64,000 nt of DNA from Azolla caroliniana. Its lineage: Eukaryota > Plantae > Polypodiophyta. Made by a program: the position numbers and the translations under genes. The notes under the pieces are model-generated. The model was given only the letters and a program-made list of their open reading frames with translations. It did no database searches and had not been told where the DNA came from. The DNA lies in contig JBHGNT010000012.1 of NCBI GenBank assembly GCA_043228905.1, positions 15,004,001 to 15,068,000 of the forward strand, in the 5' to 3' direction. This document shows, in pieces, positions 62,890-64,000 of this stretch (positions are counted from its first letter, which is position 1; each line of letters opens with the position of its first letter).

Positions 62890-64000
62890 GCAAAAGGGGT
62901 ATAAGTGTTATAACCCCCAAACGAAGTAGGTCCGAGTTAGCCAGGATGTTGAGTTTGATGAGATGGCATCATGGTATGTGATAGGGTGTATAAGATAATA
63001 GATAGTTATACACTATATGAGGGCTTGACCAAACCGATTAGAAGGAATTGAAAATCATAATATATTATATAGCTCTAGGTAATTATGATTAGAGAGTATA
63101 ACTCAAGAAACTAAGAAAAAAGATAGAGAAAGCGAGCAAGAAATAAGAATGTTCTGATATTCCAACATCAAGAGAATACAAAGGAGACAAACTCCACATT
63201 GAACTAAAACCAAAGACCTTCCTCTTCTAAGACACTTCCTCTTCCACAAAGACACTTCTTCCTAACACTCCTCATCCACTCTTTGGCCTTCACTCTTAGC
63301 CCCCCTCCTCACTAATATCACTTCTTCTTTTATAACCTTCCTCTTCTTATCCACGTTCATGCTATTTTTAGAAGCTTTTTATCTCCCTATTTTTAGCTAT
63401 GACACATCTACCTTCTAATCGTCATATCTCCCTCATCCGATATCCAAATTAAGCGATTTAAAAAGCTATAGAAAGCTCTTTTTACAAGCTTTCTAATCCA
63501 TATTTAAACGTGATATTTGGATAAACAACGAGGGAGTTATGACCATTCTATTTTTACTGTTTTTTATAGTCTGCGTTTTCTCTTTTTACTTTTCTCTTGG
63601 TCTCGTACTTTTACTTTTGACTTCTTCCCTAAGGTCTTAGTTCGTGTCCTTATCCTCCAAATGTGAATTATCCATACTTTATATCCATCTAGTGTTCAAT
63701 GGTTTGAATTCAAAAAACACTTTCACAGTATGCCTTACCGGCTCCGACTTCTGACCCCGACCCGATACCAGAGGATGAGGCTAGTGAGCCTGAATCGGTC
63801 CAGTCAGAAGACGAGGGGTTCGAGACTCTAGATGTGAGTCCGAAATCATTTCGGTTGAACGGACCTAATGAGTGGCTGAGACAGGATGACCAGTCTAATG
63901 AAGAACCGGCGAGTAGTGGAGACTTTGTTGTGCTCTCCCTGTAAAAGGAACCGAGGCCACGGTTCACACACAAAGAGAAGCGGAAGAAGAAGATGCCGGA
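62886..64000 (+). mobile_element. Copia post-integrase fragment related to 39660-40010, split by a solo LTR
   Basis: [26 protein letters not shown], resuming at 63728 ..[19 protein letters not shown]. Confidence 0.85.
62979..63727 (-). mobile_element. Solo LTR
   Basis: TG...CA ends; 5-bp TSD GTATG (62974-62978, 63728-63732); interrupts the Copia reading frame; minus-strand TATAAAAG at ~63330. Confidence 0.8.

Overview
Eukaryotic land-plant genomic DNA, TE-rich and full of microsatellites. A fern or other seed-free plant is my inference from element style only. One complete host gene is present: a 14-exon fimbrin on the minus strand (12171-18980, 625 aa). There is also an orphan first-exon candidate (6091-6249, minus). 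The rest is mostly transposons. Left of and around the gene: a non-L1-type LINE 5' half, an LTR remnant, a hAT MITE (8-bp TSD) and a Mutator-like MITE (9-bp TSD). From ~20 kb onward lies a nested LTR cluster: three copies of one chromovirus Ty3/Gypsy family, a full-length degenerate Ty1/Copia, a tRNA-Trp-primed minus-strand Gypsy with a shared middle LTR, an Athila-like Gypsy with an extra 3' ORF, an L1 3' fragment and solo LTRs. The most unusual signal is the ~1.9-kb leader of the chromovirus family. It shows a predicted two-intron/micro-exon splicing architecture that would remove the PBS, an array of five evenly spaced GAGGT-N4-ACCTC hairpins, and compensatory stem changes between copies. 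The same family has non-canonical TG...TA LTR ends. Separately, antisense tRNA-like A/B-box modules occur in LTRs of two other families. All calls were made by eye; no database searches were run.
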